From Okamejei kenojei (taxonomy: Eukaryota): 64,000 nt of DNA. A program made the position numbers and the translations under genes. Within the stretch, counting starts at the first letter, position 1. Each line of letters opens with the position of its first letter. Under the pieces are notes generated by a model. It was not told where the DNA came from. It searched no databases and saw only the letters and a list, made by a program, of their open reading frames with translations. The stretch spans positions 26,164,001 through 26,228,000 of the forward strand of contig CM069159.1 in the NCBI GenBank assembly GCA_035221665.1, read 5' to 3'. Shown piece by piece: positions 13,290 through 25,189 of the stretch.

Positions 13290-13690
13290 TGGAGAGCCGC
13301 GAGCGCTGCGGGAGTATTCAGGGGAGCTGCACGCACGGCGGGAGTATCGCAGGGAGCCACGCAAGCCCGACTCGCCCTCCAAACCACCGCACCGTGGACC
13401 GGAACCCGCCCAGTTGGCCCGACTCATCGCCACAGGCCTCCCAGCAGGCTGCGGTGTTGGAGAGGCCTCGCGGGTCGACCAGAGGTCGGCGGTCAATGAG
13501 AGCGTGGGGGAACCACCGTGGGGGGGGGGGAGAACAATGGAGGACCCCGCGTTGGGGGGGGGGGAGAGGAGGAGATTCCGTACTTTGTAACTTTGTCAGC
13601 GCAGAAGGTGGCTGCTATTTACATACCTTGGGTATGCAAGCAAAGAATTTCACTGTGCCTTGTAACATGTGACAATAAAGTACTCCATTC
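13290..13690 (+). mobile_element. GC/CpG-rich non-autonomous repeat ending in a Rex1-like 3' tail
   Basis: Abrupt GC-rich block ending aagaatttcactgtgccttgtaacatgtgacaataaag, the tail shared with Rex1-like fragments elsewhere in the window. Confidence 0.5.
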
Positions 13691-13887
13691 TACATTATCT
13701 AATGACTCATCCCTTTGTGGGATCTTGTGTTACTAACTAACTGGCAGCTTTATCATTGACAACACTTAAAAGTTGGTAATTTTTACGATACATTGGGATA
13801 CCTGACACAATCAATGCAAATTAAATACTCTTTCTATCTTGTTTTTGTGAACAATGTAACCATTCACAGGGAACAAGCTAAGAATAG

Positions 13888-14058
13888 AAAGGAACCGTAG
13901 ATGCTGGAATCGTGAGGAAAACACAAAGTGCTGGAGGAATTCAACCGGTCAGGCAGCATCTGTGAAGGGAATGGACAGGTGGCGTTTCTGGCGGGAGCCT
14001 TCTTTTGTGTAAAGTCTGAAATGTCGCCTGTCTATTCCCTCCACAAATGCTGCTTGAC
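13888..14058. mobile_element. PLE pLTR-derived insert, inverted pair, degenerate
   Basis: gtcaggcagcatctgtgaagggaatggacaggtggcg and its inverse tgtcgcctgtctattccctccacaaatgctgcttgac. Confidence 0.65.
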
Positions 14059-14348
14059 ATTGTGTTAAGCTAAAATAAATATACTCTGACCACAAAGCTA
14101 AGTGTAAAGTGTAACAAACTGCATAAATAAATTTCTTATTGATGCCTGTGAATGCAGTAGTAATGCGCTTATTACAGAACATTTTATTATTAAATATTTT
14201 TCAATACGGCTTAACAGGCCCATAAAAATATGTCGATGACTAAGAGGGTGGTGGGAATATTGGATGAGCTGCCAGAGGAGGTAATTGAGGCAGGCATTAT
14301 AACAGCATTTAAAAGATACTTGGAACAGGTACATGGCTAGGAAAGTCA

Positions 14349-15280
14349 TGTGCTGGAGTAATTCAGTGGGTCAGGCAGCATTTCTGGAGATAAAGAATGG
14401 GTGACGTTTCGGGTGGGGACTCTTCTTCCGAAGGTGAAGAGCAGAAGGTGAGAAACCTATCAGGGCCTCAGGCAGGGCGGTGCCTGGTAGGTCCATTGTT
14501 GGCTCGGGAAGGTGTGATCTCAAGAGAAACAATGAGGAGAATTATGGAACTGGTAAAACAACTAGGGAGGAGAAATGGGGCAAGGAGAGAGGGGGAGGGG
14601 AAGGGAGTATGAGATGAAGTGACTTAAAATTAGATAATTCAATGTTCAATTGAGTTGTAAGCTACCCAAACAAAATATGTGGTGCTGTTCCTCCAATTTG
14701 CTTGTGGCCTCACTCTGGCAATAGAGGAAGCCAAGGACAGAAAGGTCAGTATGGGAATTGGAAGAGGAGTTGAAGTGGCTGGCAACCGGGAGATCTAGGC
14801 GGACCGAGCACAGGTGTTCAGTGAAATGGTCACCAAATCTGTTTGGTCTCGTCCATGTACAGGAGCCCACATCAGGAACACCGGATGCAGTAGATGAGGT
14901 TAGAGGAGATAAATTTGAACCTCGGTCTAACAGGAAAGGATTGTTGGGGTCACTGGATGGAGTGAGTGAGGAAGTATAAGGACAGGTGTTACATCTCCAA
15001 GATGTGTTTAGTGGTGTTTGGATTGTGTAGTTTGGAGTTGATGGGAATGTCGGGGGATAAGGTGTTGGAAGCAAAACAACGAACATCTCCTATGGTTGCA
15101 GGAGAACGTACCTGGGTGGGAAGGGATGAGTGAACCAAGGAATTGCGAATAGAGCGGTCCCTGCGGGAGGTGAAAAGGGGTGTAGAGGGGAAGATGTGTT
15201 TAGTGGTGTTTAGATGTGTTTAGTTTGTTGACGGGAATGTCGGGGGATAATGTGTTGGATGTGGAAGCTGCTGGGGTGAG
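14349..15280 (-). mobile_element. Penelope-like element remnant: GIY-YIG endonuclease C-terminus plus pLTR
   Basis: ORF 14646-15086 reads RCNTCPY...RFGDHFTEHLCSVRLDLPVASHFNS.SHTDLSVLGF.YCQSEA..KLEEQHHIFCLGSLQ. A pLTR with a decayed hammerhead-like motif follows at about 14400-14430. Confidence 0.85.
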
Positions 15281-15399
15281 AGAATGTAGAGTGTTGAGAG
15301 AATTCCCTGAGCAACCACTCTATCTGTCAGGCCTTTTGCATAGAAATAAGTTCAATATAAATTGGGGTTAGACACAAAAAGCTGGAGTAATTGAGCGGG

Positions 15400-15960
15400 A
15401 AGGATGTTGTTAAGCTGGAAAGAGTGCAGAAAAGATTTTTGGGGATGTTGCCAGGACTCATGCTTGAGTTGAAGGCAGAGGCTGAGCATGCTCGGACTTT
15501 TTTCCTTGCTGCGCATGAGCCTGAGAGGTGTATAAGATCTTGATGAAAATTGATCGGGTAAATGCAGTTTTTTACCCAGAGCAGGGGAAGCAAGAACCAT
15601 AGGACATTTGGCAGAGTGGAAAGATCTAATAGGAACCTGAGGGGCAACTTTTTCCACACAGAGAGTGGTGGGTATATGGAACGAGCTGCCAGAGGAGGTA
15701 GTTGAGGCAGGTGGTATAACAACATTTGGAAGACATTTGAACAGGTGCATGGATAGGAAAGGAAAAGAGTGATATGGGCCAAGCCCTCAAGTCCTGGCAA
15801 TATCCTCGTAATTCCCCTCTGCACTCTTTCCAGTTTAATGGCATCTTTCCTATTTCAAGGTGATCGGAACTGAACACAATACTCCCAAGTGCGATCTTAA
15901 GATCTTGTATATCTGTATCAAAACATCCCAACTTCTATACTCAATTACCTGACTGATGTA
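15400..15960. mobile_element. CR1 3' fragments (+ 15400-15780; - 15790-15960)
   Basis: aagctggaaagagtgcag...acgagctgccagaggaggtagttgaggcagg, followed by an inverted partial copy. Confidence 0.8.
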
Positions 15961-16394
15961 TTGATGACAGCACCAGTGGGTAGGCATGGTGAATTGAACG
16001 TGTTTAGAAGTAAAACTTTTTTTTTAAGTGGTGTGCAATTTAAAACAATACTGGATGCATTCTTTAAAAGTGATATGAAATGGTTGTTTGTGCTAATCAG
16101 TGGCATTTGGCATATCTTCCTTCTCCCTGGAAACCTCATAACACTCATGAAGCATTCATTTTGCAATACAATTTAATTGAAAAATCGCTCTAGGTTCTAT
16201 TCCAACAAGAAGCCAACATGATAATGTTAAGGGTATTTGAGAGAAAAGGTATTTGCAAGACTGGAGAATGGAACTGACAGGATTCCTCTGCGAGATGCCA
16301 GCATTGCATCGATGGTTGCGCACATAGCCCCTTAGAATATTTCCTTTATCCACACATCTGTGCGGCCAAATGCTGTAATTCCATTTACACATTT

Positions 16395-16840
16395 GCAGAT
16401 ACCACTACAATAATGGGCTGGATCTTGAACAATAACAAGACAGAGTACAGGAATGGGAGAGAGAGCTTAGTGATGTGATGCCAAGACAGTAACCTCCCCC
16501 TCAATGTCAGCAAAATGAAGTAGCTGGTCATTGATTTCGGGAAGTGGGTAACATATGCACTCCAATCTGTATGAATGCTGTTGAAGCGGAGATGGTCGAG
16601 AGCTTCAAGTTCCTAGATGTAAATGTCAACAACAATTTGATGTGTTCTAACCACATTGACAATAGAGCCAAGAATGCACATCAAAACATCTACTTCCTCA
16701 GATGACTATGGAAATTTGGCATGTCCCCAATGACTCGTACTAATTTCTACATGCAGTATAAAAAGCATCCAGGTTTGACAATTGCTCTGCTCAAGACCAT
16801 GAAAAACTGAGGAGAGTTTGGACTCTGCCCAGTCCCTTGT
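16395..16840 (+). mobile_element. Rex1-like RT C-terminal remnant
   Basis: Degenerate DTTT..G.I.NNNKTEYR...NL.LNVSKMK..VIDF...VESFKFL motifs. Confidence 0.65.
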
Positions 16841-17200
16841 ACCACAAAGTCTCTGTTTAACAAATCACTCCAGGGCCCTGCTAAAGGCTCTACTTCATCT
16901 AATCCTATTTAGTTCATAATGGAAAACTTCCTGTACAGGGTATTGAAGTAACACCATGAAATATTTCTGATGAATAAGTTGAACGATGTACCTGACTACA
17001 GGTTTAGCAAAAGTATCACCGGCAAAGAAGCAATACAATGCAAATTACTTTAATTTATTTATTGCAACACAATTACAACAAGATTTCAATGCTCTGGAAT
17101 TGATGCAGTTAAGCTAAGTTGGATAAACATACGAGGGAGAAAGAATGGAAATTTATGGATGGGAGGTGGTTTGTATGAAGCATAATATGACACGATAGAA

Positions 17201-17411
17201 CATGGGTTCCCAACCTGGGGTAAATTTATCTCCACGCAGGGGTAATCTGTTGATTCTGGATTTGTTAAAAAACAGTATTTAAAAATGGTTCCTTTGTCAT
17301 TTGCTTTATTATGGGAGAAGTGTAAACTCAAATTACTGAATAAAACAGGGTGGGGGTAAATTTACTTTTAGAAAAGTTACCAGGGATAAAAAAAAAAGTT
17401 GGGAACCCCTG
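17201..17411. mobile_element. hAT (Charlie-like) MITE
   Basis: Terminal inverted repeats catgggttcccaac and gttgggaacccctg. The 8-bp flanks cgatagaa and cgatcaaa form a degenerate TSD. Confidence 0.7.
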
Positions 17412-17418
17412 CGATCAA

Positions 17419-17935
17419 ACTTTATTTATCCCAGGAGGGAAATTGATCTGCCAGCAGTCTTAAAACACAAGATACACGAAACATGAAGTTAAGGTGATGA
17501 GTAGAAAGAATTGAGGATGTGCAAAGATTGGGGGAGGGGGGGGTGGCGGAAATCAGTCTACCCTACAATAGAAGGGGCAAATGTTGCATAGTTTGATAGC
17601 CACTGGGAAAAGGGATCTCCTGTGGCGTTCTGTACTGCATCTTGGTGGAACTAGTCTGTTGCTGAACGTACTCCTCGGGTCGACCAGTGTGTCTGGGAGG
17701 GGGTGAGCTGTATTGTCTGAGATGCTTCGCAGTTTGAGGAGCATCCTCCCTTTCAAGACCACCTCCCATGAATCCAACTCTGCTTCCAGAACAGATCCAG
17801 CCTTCCTGAAGTGCTTGTTAATCCTGTTGCATTCGTGGTCTTCGCCATGCTGCCTCAACACATAACAGCAAAGAAGATGGGACTGGCTGCCACCGATTAG
17901 TAGAGCATCTGCAGCATCTTACTGCAGATGTTAAA
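17419..17935 (-). mobile_element. Rex1-like LINE 3' fragment
   Basis: ORF 17553-17861 reads RINKHFRKAGSVL...RML.KL.SI.DN.AHPL...STFSNRL..PRCSTERHRRS.FP.AIKL.N. Confidence 0.8.
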
Positions 17936-17944
17936 GGCGTTAAC

Positions 17945-19470
17945 ATAATGGATGAGCCTTTAGCTGAATATGAACACACATGGTTCATTTTCAGCACATT
18001 GACCTTCATCAGTCATAGTATTGAGTATAACAGTTGGGAGGTCTTGTTACAGTTGTGCAAGACATTGGCGTTCAGATTTGGTCACCCTGTTATAGGAAAG
18101 ATGTTGTTCATCTGGGGAAAGTGTGCAGAGAAGATTTATGAGGATGTTGCCAGGACTCGGCGGCCTGCGCTTCAGGGAGAGGTTGAGCAGGCTAGGACTT
18201 TATTATTTGGAGCAAAGGAAGACGAGGGCTGATATTATTGAGGTGTACAAATCATGGGACGAATAGATTGGGTAAATACAGTCTTTTTCCTGCTTCCATC
18301 TCTATGACTGCAACATAACTAGTGTGGTATGCAGACTGCATATTTACATTCATAGGTCAGGTGTGGACTATAAAAGTTGGGATGTCATGTTCCTGTTGCA
18401 TAAAACTTTTATCCCAGGAGGGAAATTGGTTAGACCACATTTGACATTTTGTGTATAATTAAATTCCCCCCCCCCCCCCCCCCCCCCCCCCCATTGCAGG
18501 AAGGATGTAGAGGCTTGCGAGAGGGTGTAGAAGTGGTTTACCAGAATGCGGCCTGGAATATAGGATATTAACTATAAGGAGATTTGGATTGGATTGCAGT
18601 GGATGTCAGTCACACATACCAGACTCCCCACCATTGACTCAATCTACATTTGCCTCGGAAAAGCAGCCAACATAATCAAAACAACGGTCTACCCTGGTCT
18701 TTCCTTCTTCTCACTCCCATCCAGCAGAAGGTAAAAAAGCTTGAAAGCATGCACCACCAGACTCAGGAACAGCTTCTTCCCCTCTGTAATCAGGTTTCTG
18801 AAGCTAGGGTAGTTTGATTCACCTCTACCCCATTGAGGACATTGGATTTGGTTTATGAAACTGGTGTACTGCAACACTGAGAACTATATTCTGCACTCTG
18901 TATCTCCCCCTTTGCCCTATCTATTGTACTTGAGTTTAGTTTAATTTATTATTGTCACGTGTATTGAGTTACAATAAAAGCTTTTGTTTGACTTGATTGT
19001 ATTTATGTATAGTATTGTATGATCAGATTGAAAGGCACGCAAAACAAAGCTTTTCACTGTACATCAATACACGTGACAAAAATAAACCAAAACGGAGAGC
19101 GTCAGAGTGACTTGATAGAAGTATATAAACTGATGAGAGGCATAGATAAGATAGATAATCAGAGCCTCTCGCCCAGGATGAAAATGTTAAATACTAATGG
19201 ACATAGCTTTGAGGTGAGAGGGGAAAGAATTACAAGACAAGTTTTATTTTTACACGGAGTAGTGTGTTCCTGGAACACATTGCCACATAGCAAGCTGAAA
19301 GCAGATACAATAATAATGTTTAAGAGGCATTTACACAGACATGAATATGAAGGGAGTGGCGGAATATAAACTGAATGCAGGCAGATGTACAGTTTAAATT
19401 GGCTTCTGGTTGATACGAACGTCATAAGCTTGAGGGCCTGTTTGTGTGCTGTACTGTTCTATGTTCAGAG
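17945..19470 (+). mobile_element. Nested CR1 and Rex1-like 3' fragments
   Basis: CR1 motifs (IEYNSWEVLLQL.KTL; DLIEVYKLMRGIDKID...TNGHSFEVRG...WNTLP) interleaved with a Rex1-like tail (HTTRLRNSFFP, 18750-18790). Confidence 0.75.
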
Positions 19471-20272
19471 AAGGAGACCTTCCCTGTCCTTATCCTGCCT
19501 AACTATTCCAGACCACCAACGTGGTTCACTGTGAATTTCTTGAGATACCACCCTTCTGTAAATGAAAATATGTTTAATGGAATCACTTTACATCAGTAAA
19601 ACTTGAGTACATCTGGCAGTGAACCTCAGCAACTGTGGGAAATAATAATGAACAGAAAGAGGCATGAGTTACTGCTTGGGTTAATCCCAAGGCCTCAGCT
19701 GAAAGCCTGATCTACTACAACCAGTTCTAACCAAAACCACAAGAATCCACTCAAAGCAGTTACTCAATTCATTCAAATGAACATTTTGCCTCATTCTTAG
19801 ATAAATTGTGGTACACTTTAGTTATTCACATATACCAGTACATTAATTCTGGAAAAGCTGCCCTCACTGCCCTAACATTTCTATTGTCCAGCTACTTTAA
19901 AAAAAAACACCACACTCGGGTCATATATTCAAAGCACAAGGCTTCACTAAAAATCCGAACTACTGTGATTTTCCCAGTGAAAAGTTGTGAAAACAGTGTT
20001 TTTTAAAACTTCTACAACACAGGATTCTAAAAAAATGTTTCATAAATATCCAAAAAGGTATGTTCACTGGTGGAGATTGTATATGATTGCAAGATCTGTT
20101 GAATTAAATTAGCTCCAATTTAAATGGACTGTACTAAAATATGAGAATGTTACCTCATTTTTACTTATAAACACACAAAGTTGGATTGGAATGAGACTCT
20201 GGTTTGGCCTTGCGATGTGCTTTCAACAATGCATCACCTTCTTTGCTGGAAAGCACACACCCAAAAAAACCT

Positions 20273-20484
20273 CTGTGTAGGAAGAAACTGCAGATGTTGG
20301 TTTACACAAAATGCTGGAGCAACTCAGCGGGATATGCAGCACCTCTGGATAGAAGGAATGAGTGATGTTTTGGGATGAGACCAGACTTCTTCAGGAGAAG
20401 GGTCTCGACCCGAAACATCACCCATTCCTTCTATAGAGGCACTGCCTGTCCCGCTGAGTTACTCCAGCATTTTGTGTCGATCTT
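20273..20484. mobile_element. PLE pLTR-derived insert, long inverted repeat
   Basis: Arms acacaaaatgctggag..ctcagcggga...gaaggaatgagtgatgttttggg and cccgaaacatcacccattccttc...cccgctgagttactccagcattttgtgt. 11-bp TSD caaaaaaacct at 20262-20272 and 20485-20495. Confidence 0.8.
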
Positions 20485-20559
20485 CAAAAAAACCTTCAGA
20501 GGCAATGGTTTCAGGACCAATTCCCACATCGACATCTCAGCTAAGATGTTTTATTAGCT

Positions 20560-20890
20560 CCAGCACCGTAAAAATATTGAACGATTGGAAGTGCCGTTAT
20601 TTGAATCAGTTGTAGAATGAAAGTCTACTTCTCTACACTGGGCATGTGGTGCTATCCTGAGGAAGAGCATGGGACAAGGACTTATGCCTAGTGTCTCACG
20701 GACAATATTTATCTTTAACCAACAGATTACGTGATCATTATCACACTGTCGGCTGGAAGAGTTTGCTATTAACAAATTGGCTGTCTGGTTCCTATATTGC
20801 AATTATTGCATTTCAAAAGTACTTCATTATCTTAAAGTGCTTTCAGACATCATGGGTTCATGAAAGGCTCTATATAAATGTAAGTCTTTG
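20560..20890 (+). mobile_element. DeuSINE (SacSINE1/AmnSINE-like) remnant
   Basis: caatatttatct..aaccaacagatta..tgatcattatcacac...aaattggctg...caaaagtacttcatt...gaaaggctctatataaatgtaagtcttt resembles the Deu-domain plus an L2-type tail. Confidence 0.65.
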
Positions 20891-21224
20891 TTTTCACTTT
20901 GACAATGAAGCTTCTATACAGAATGTATTTAACTTATTTAAGTAGCACCACTGACGTATGAAGTGACTATTAAACCAGAAAGAGTTCTCCTAAACACATT
21001 AATCTTTCTGCTCCCATTCATATGTCTTCTTTCAAGCTTAGGATCACCTGCCCTAATATCTGATCTGGCTAGGTATCGAATTTTCATCGATAGCACCTTA
21101 GAATGTTCTGCTACACAGATCTGTGGTGCGCTCATGGGAATTTTGTACGCTGGCTCAACCTCTGCAATCCACATGCCCTTTGTGGTTTTGTTACAGCAGC
21201 CCATGCACTGAAGAGATCACTGAG

Positions 21225-21570
21225 GCTTGGCTAGAGTGGATGTGGAGAGGATGTTTCCACTAGTCGGAGAGTCTAGGATCAGAGGTCATAGCCTCAGAAT
21301 TAAAGGACGCTCCGTTAGGAAATAGATGAGGAGGAATTTATTTCATCAGAGAGTGGTGAATCTGTGGAATTCATTGCCATAGAAGGCCGTGGAGGCCGAC
21401 AATGGATATTTTTAAGGCACAAAGATAGATTTTTTATTTAGTACAGGTGTCAGGGTTATGGGGAGAAGGCAGGACAATGGGGTTAAGAGTGAAAGATAGA
21501 TCTGCCATGATAGAATGGTGGATTTGATGGGCCGAATGGCCTAATTCTACTCCTATCTCTTATGAACTGA
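21225..21570 (+). mobile_element. CR1/HER1-like 3' end
   Basis: RVDVERMFPLVGESRIRGHSLRIKGR...QRVVNLWNSLP, then the 3'UTR atgggccgaatggcctaattct. Confidence 0.85.
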
Positions 21571-21879
21571 TCTGATATTTCCTTGAGCACAGAAGATTTA
21601 ATGAGGATCTGATTGAGATGATAAAGCATTCAATGGGTAATTTCAGATAAACTGTGCCTCACAGCATTTGGACAGGTACATAGATAGGATTAGAGGGACA
21701 TGTGCCAAAAGCAGATGGGTGGGACTAGAGTAGAAGGGCCTGTTTCCATGCTGTATGACTCTGACCCTCCAGTAACTTGCCTCCCACAGATGCTAGGCTC
21801 ACTGGTCTATAGTTCCCTGGCTTTTCCTTGCAACCCTTCTTACCAAGAGTCACAACATTAGCCACCCTCCACTCTTCCA

Positions 21880-22790
21880 ACATTTCATTTCAATGTGTGT
21901 ATGTATACATGTGTCGTATAGTGCAGTCTGTTGTCGTGTTTAATAACCTGATGGCTGAAGGGAAGAAGCTGTTCATGAACCTGGACGTTACAGTTTTCAG
22001 GCTCCTGTACCTTCTTCCCGATTGCAGTAGTGAAATGAGTGTGTGGCCAGGTGGTGTGGGCCTCTGATGATGTTAGCTGCCTTTTTGAGGCAGCGACTCC
22101 AATAAATCTCTGATGGTGGGGAGGTCAGAGCCGGTGATGGACTGGGCAGTGGTCACAACTTTTTGCAGTCTATTCCGCTCCTGGACGTTGATTGCTTCAA
22201 GTTCCTGGGTGCAAATAATACCAACAATATGTCATGAACCAACCATGTTGAAGTGTAAGCTAAGAGGGAACACCAACACCTCTATTTCCGCAGGAGACTG
22301 AGGAATTTCAGCATATCTCCAATGATTCTTACAAACCTCTATAGATACATCATCGAAAGCATACTGTTAGGTTGTGACTCCGTCAACCATTGATCCCATC
22401 TACACTTCACGCTGCTTCAGGAAAGCAGCCAACACAATCAGTCTTTTCCCACCCTAGTCATTTCTCCTACTCCTTGCTCTCGTCGGGCAGGAGACATGGA
22501 TGCTCAAAAGCGCACACCACCAGATGCAGGAACAGTTTCTTCGCCTTTGCTATCAGGCTTCTGAACAGTCCTACGATAAGCTAGTCTACAGTCCCAATTC
22601 TCCAACTTGCCTCGTTGCAGACATTGGACACTTTGCTGAGATCAATATTTGTACACTGTATCTTCTATTCGCTCTACCTATTGAACTTGAGATTGGCTTG
22701 ATTGTATTTATGTGTGGTATTATTTGATTGGACAGCATTTAATTAACAGCTTTTCACTGTACTTTGGTACATATGCCAGTAACAAATCTA
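21880..22790. mobile_element. Two Rex1-like 3' fragments in opposite orientation
   Basis: Minus strand: gggaagaagctgttcatgaacctgga...ctcctgtaccttcttcc. Plus strand: HPSH...LLSSGRR....AHTTRCRNSFF..AIRLLN, with a tail at about 22750-22790. Confidence 0.7.
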
Positions 22791-23971
22791 AACCTCTGTG
22801 ACAGTCTATATCCGAGAGTGGGCCGAAGAATCTTCGGGGGTCTGTGGGATGATGTTAGAGGAGTCCTAAATCCTGAGGGTCATAGACAAGGTGAATGCAC
22901 AATCTTCGTCCCAGGCAATGTGAACCAAAAACTAGAAGGCATAGGCTTAAGGTGAGAGGGGAAAATTTAAAAGGGGCCCAAGGAACAATTTTTTCACACA
23001 GAGGGAGGTAGGTATATAGAACGCGTTGCCTGAGAAAGTGATTGAGGCAGGTACATAGAGAGTAAATTGGGTGCAGTTGTTATTGCGCAAATCTACATCT
23101 GACATGTTGGTGACATTTATAGGCCAGGTGGCCAAAGTTCAGGACAGGCTGTAAGGAGGAGGAAGAGGTAGGAGCAAGGTAAATGCACAAAATAGAGGGA
23201 TATGGGTTATGTGCAGGTAGATAAAGTCTTGGCATCATATTCAGCACACACATTGTGGGCCAGAGGGCCCGTTCTTGTGCTGTACTGTTCTATGTTCTAT
23301 ATAAAGGAACCTTGGATGATTAGTGTTTGTAAATTTGGTCCCAAAAAAAAGCAAGTGTATGTAAGTTTTAAAATATGAAATCAGACAGAGCCTTAGAGGA
23401 ATATAAAGCAAATAAGAAAGAACTTATGTGAGCCATTAGAAGGCCCAAAAGGGACCATGAAATGTCTTTGAGTTGGATTAAAGAAAGTCCCATGTAGAAT
23501 AATGTATGTATATTCTACATACATTAAAAAAAAACAAGAGGGTAAGCAGAGAGAAGGTGGCATTGCTAAAGGTTCACAAGTAATAGGAGTAGAAATAGGC
23601 CATTCAGCCCATTACTCCGCCATTCAATCGTTGCTGATCTCTGCCTCCTAATCCCATTTCCTGCCTTCTCCCTTTACACCCGTTCTAATCAAAGATAAAG
23701 ACTTTGTGCTTGGTGTCAGAGGATGTAGGCTAGGTACAATATTAGTTCTTTGCCTCTGTATTCGCCAAGGAGAAGGAAATGGGGAATAACAAGATCAGTG
23801 TGGAGAATACTAGTGTACAAGAGCAGTGTGAGATTAAGATGAGGTGGTGTGTTGGAGCTCTTGAAGAGCATTAAAGTCAGAAAGTGAAAGCAATGGTTTG
23901 ACAACTAGAAAAGCAGTTCAGAGTGATCAGGACATTTCATTTATATATTTCATATTTTTCTTTCTTTCTAA

Positions 23972-24136
<165 letters not shown>

Positions 24137-24202
24137 TAAAAGATCTTTGTTTCAACTGAAATATCATTAACACTTCATGAAAAGGATGTCATTGATTGGA
24201 AT

Positions 24203-24296
24203 TGGTAGGCAAAAATACTGGAGAAACACAGCGGGTGCAGCAGCATCTGTGGAGTGAAGGAAATAGGCAACGTTTCAGGCCAAAACCCTTCTTCTG
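24203..24296 (-). mobile_element. PLE pLTR insert (second subfamily) in SIK2 intron 2
   Basis: The reverse complement is gaagaagggttttggcctgaaacgttgcctatttcc...gatgctgctgcacccgctg. Perfect 10-bp TSD tgattggaat at 24193-24202 and 24297-24306. Confidence 0.75.
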
Positions 24297-24885
24297 TGAT
24301 TGGAATGCTAGTTGGAGGTAGTTTCTTCCTGCACTGACTCAAGATCCGGCTGACACATTTAGAGGGCCATACTGTTCCTTCGCTTGCTTGGCCGTTCCAT
24401 CAGATTAGGGCTGATTTGGCAACATGAGATCATAGAAAGATGCAGCAGAGACTTTGCCTCTACCTGCTGAGTTCCTCCAGAGTTTTTTTTCTGCTCCAGA
24501 TAGTCCAGCATCTGCAGTCTCTTGTGTCTCCATGAGATTGCAGCTCTTTGTTCTCATAATTTCACCTTTCTCTCCACCAGTCTCCACTTCCATCCCACAC
24601 TGCATTAGTGATTAATTCTCTTTACTCCTGCAAAGATGCTGCCGAGTAGATTTGGGGAGTGGTAAAAATGCAGCTGAATTTTTTTGAACAAAAGCAATAC
24701 TTGCAATTTGGCATGTAGCTTGGGATTCAGTTTGCAAAGGGAACACGACAGATAACTAATACTCAGATTTTTATTACAACTATGAAATGTTTAATGTTGC
24801 TTAATGTCTCATAACTAAAAGCTTTTAGTCCTTTAAAGGATAACAGCAGGAAATATTTGGGGTGTGGATTTTAGGTGTAAGGTGG

Positions 24886-24977
24886 GAAGAGGTGTCTCGA
24901 CCTGAAACGTCACCTATTCCCTTTCTCCAGACATGCTGTCTGGCCTGCTGAGTTATTCCATCTTTTTTTTGTCTATC
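24886..24977 (+). mobile_element. PLE pLTR insert
   Basis: tctcgacctgaaacgtcacctattcc...ctgagttattcca. 15-bp TSD ttaggtgtaaggtgg (24871-24885) and ttaagtgtaaggtgg (24978-24992). Confidence 0.75.
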
Positions 24978-25125
24978 TTAAGTGTAAGGTGGATTTTGCT
25001 GGCCCTCTGTGTACCTTCATTTTTCTGGTTCATTCGTACCGCAAGCCTGTGGGTATTTTTCAATATATAAATTTTGATGGTCTCAGTTGAGGTAGGTGTT
25101 GACTTGCTCTTTCTTGTGTTCGCAG

Positions 25126-25189
25126 GTCATGGAAACCAAAAATATGCTGTATCTTGTAACTGAGTATGCCAAAAATGGAGAGATCTTTG
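25126..25189 (+). CDS. SIK2: SIK2 internal coding exon (exon 3 equivalent; gatekeeper/hinge)
   Basis: Junctions are ttcttgtgttcgcAG|GTCATG and TTTG|GTAAGT. 64 bp. Translates [21 protein letters not shown](D), in frame with the previous exon. Confidence 0.95.

Noticed and set aside
18465-18492. Long poly-C/poly-G runs as functional G-quadruplexes (also about 1852, 2507, 59076 and 60123)
   Set aside because: Homopolymer lengths are unreliable in assemblies and most runs lie within repeats. There is no evidence of function.
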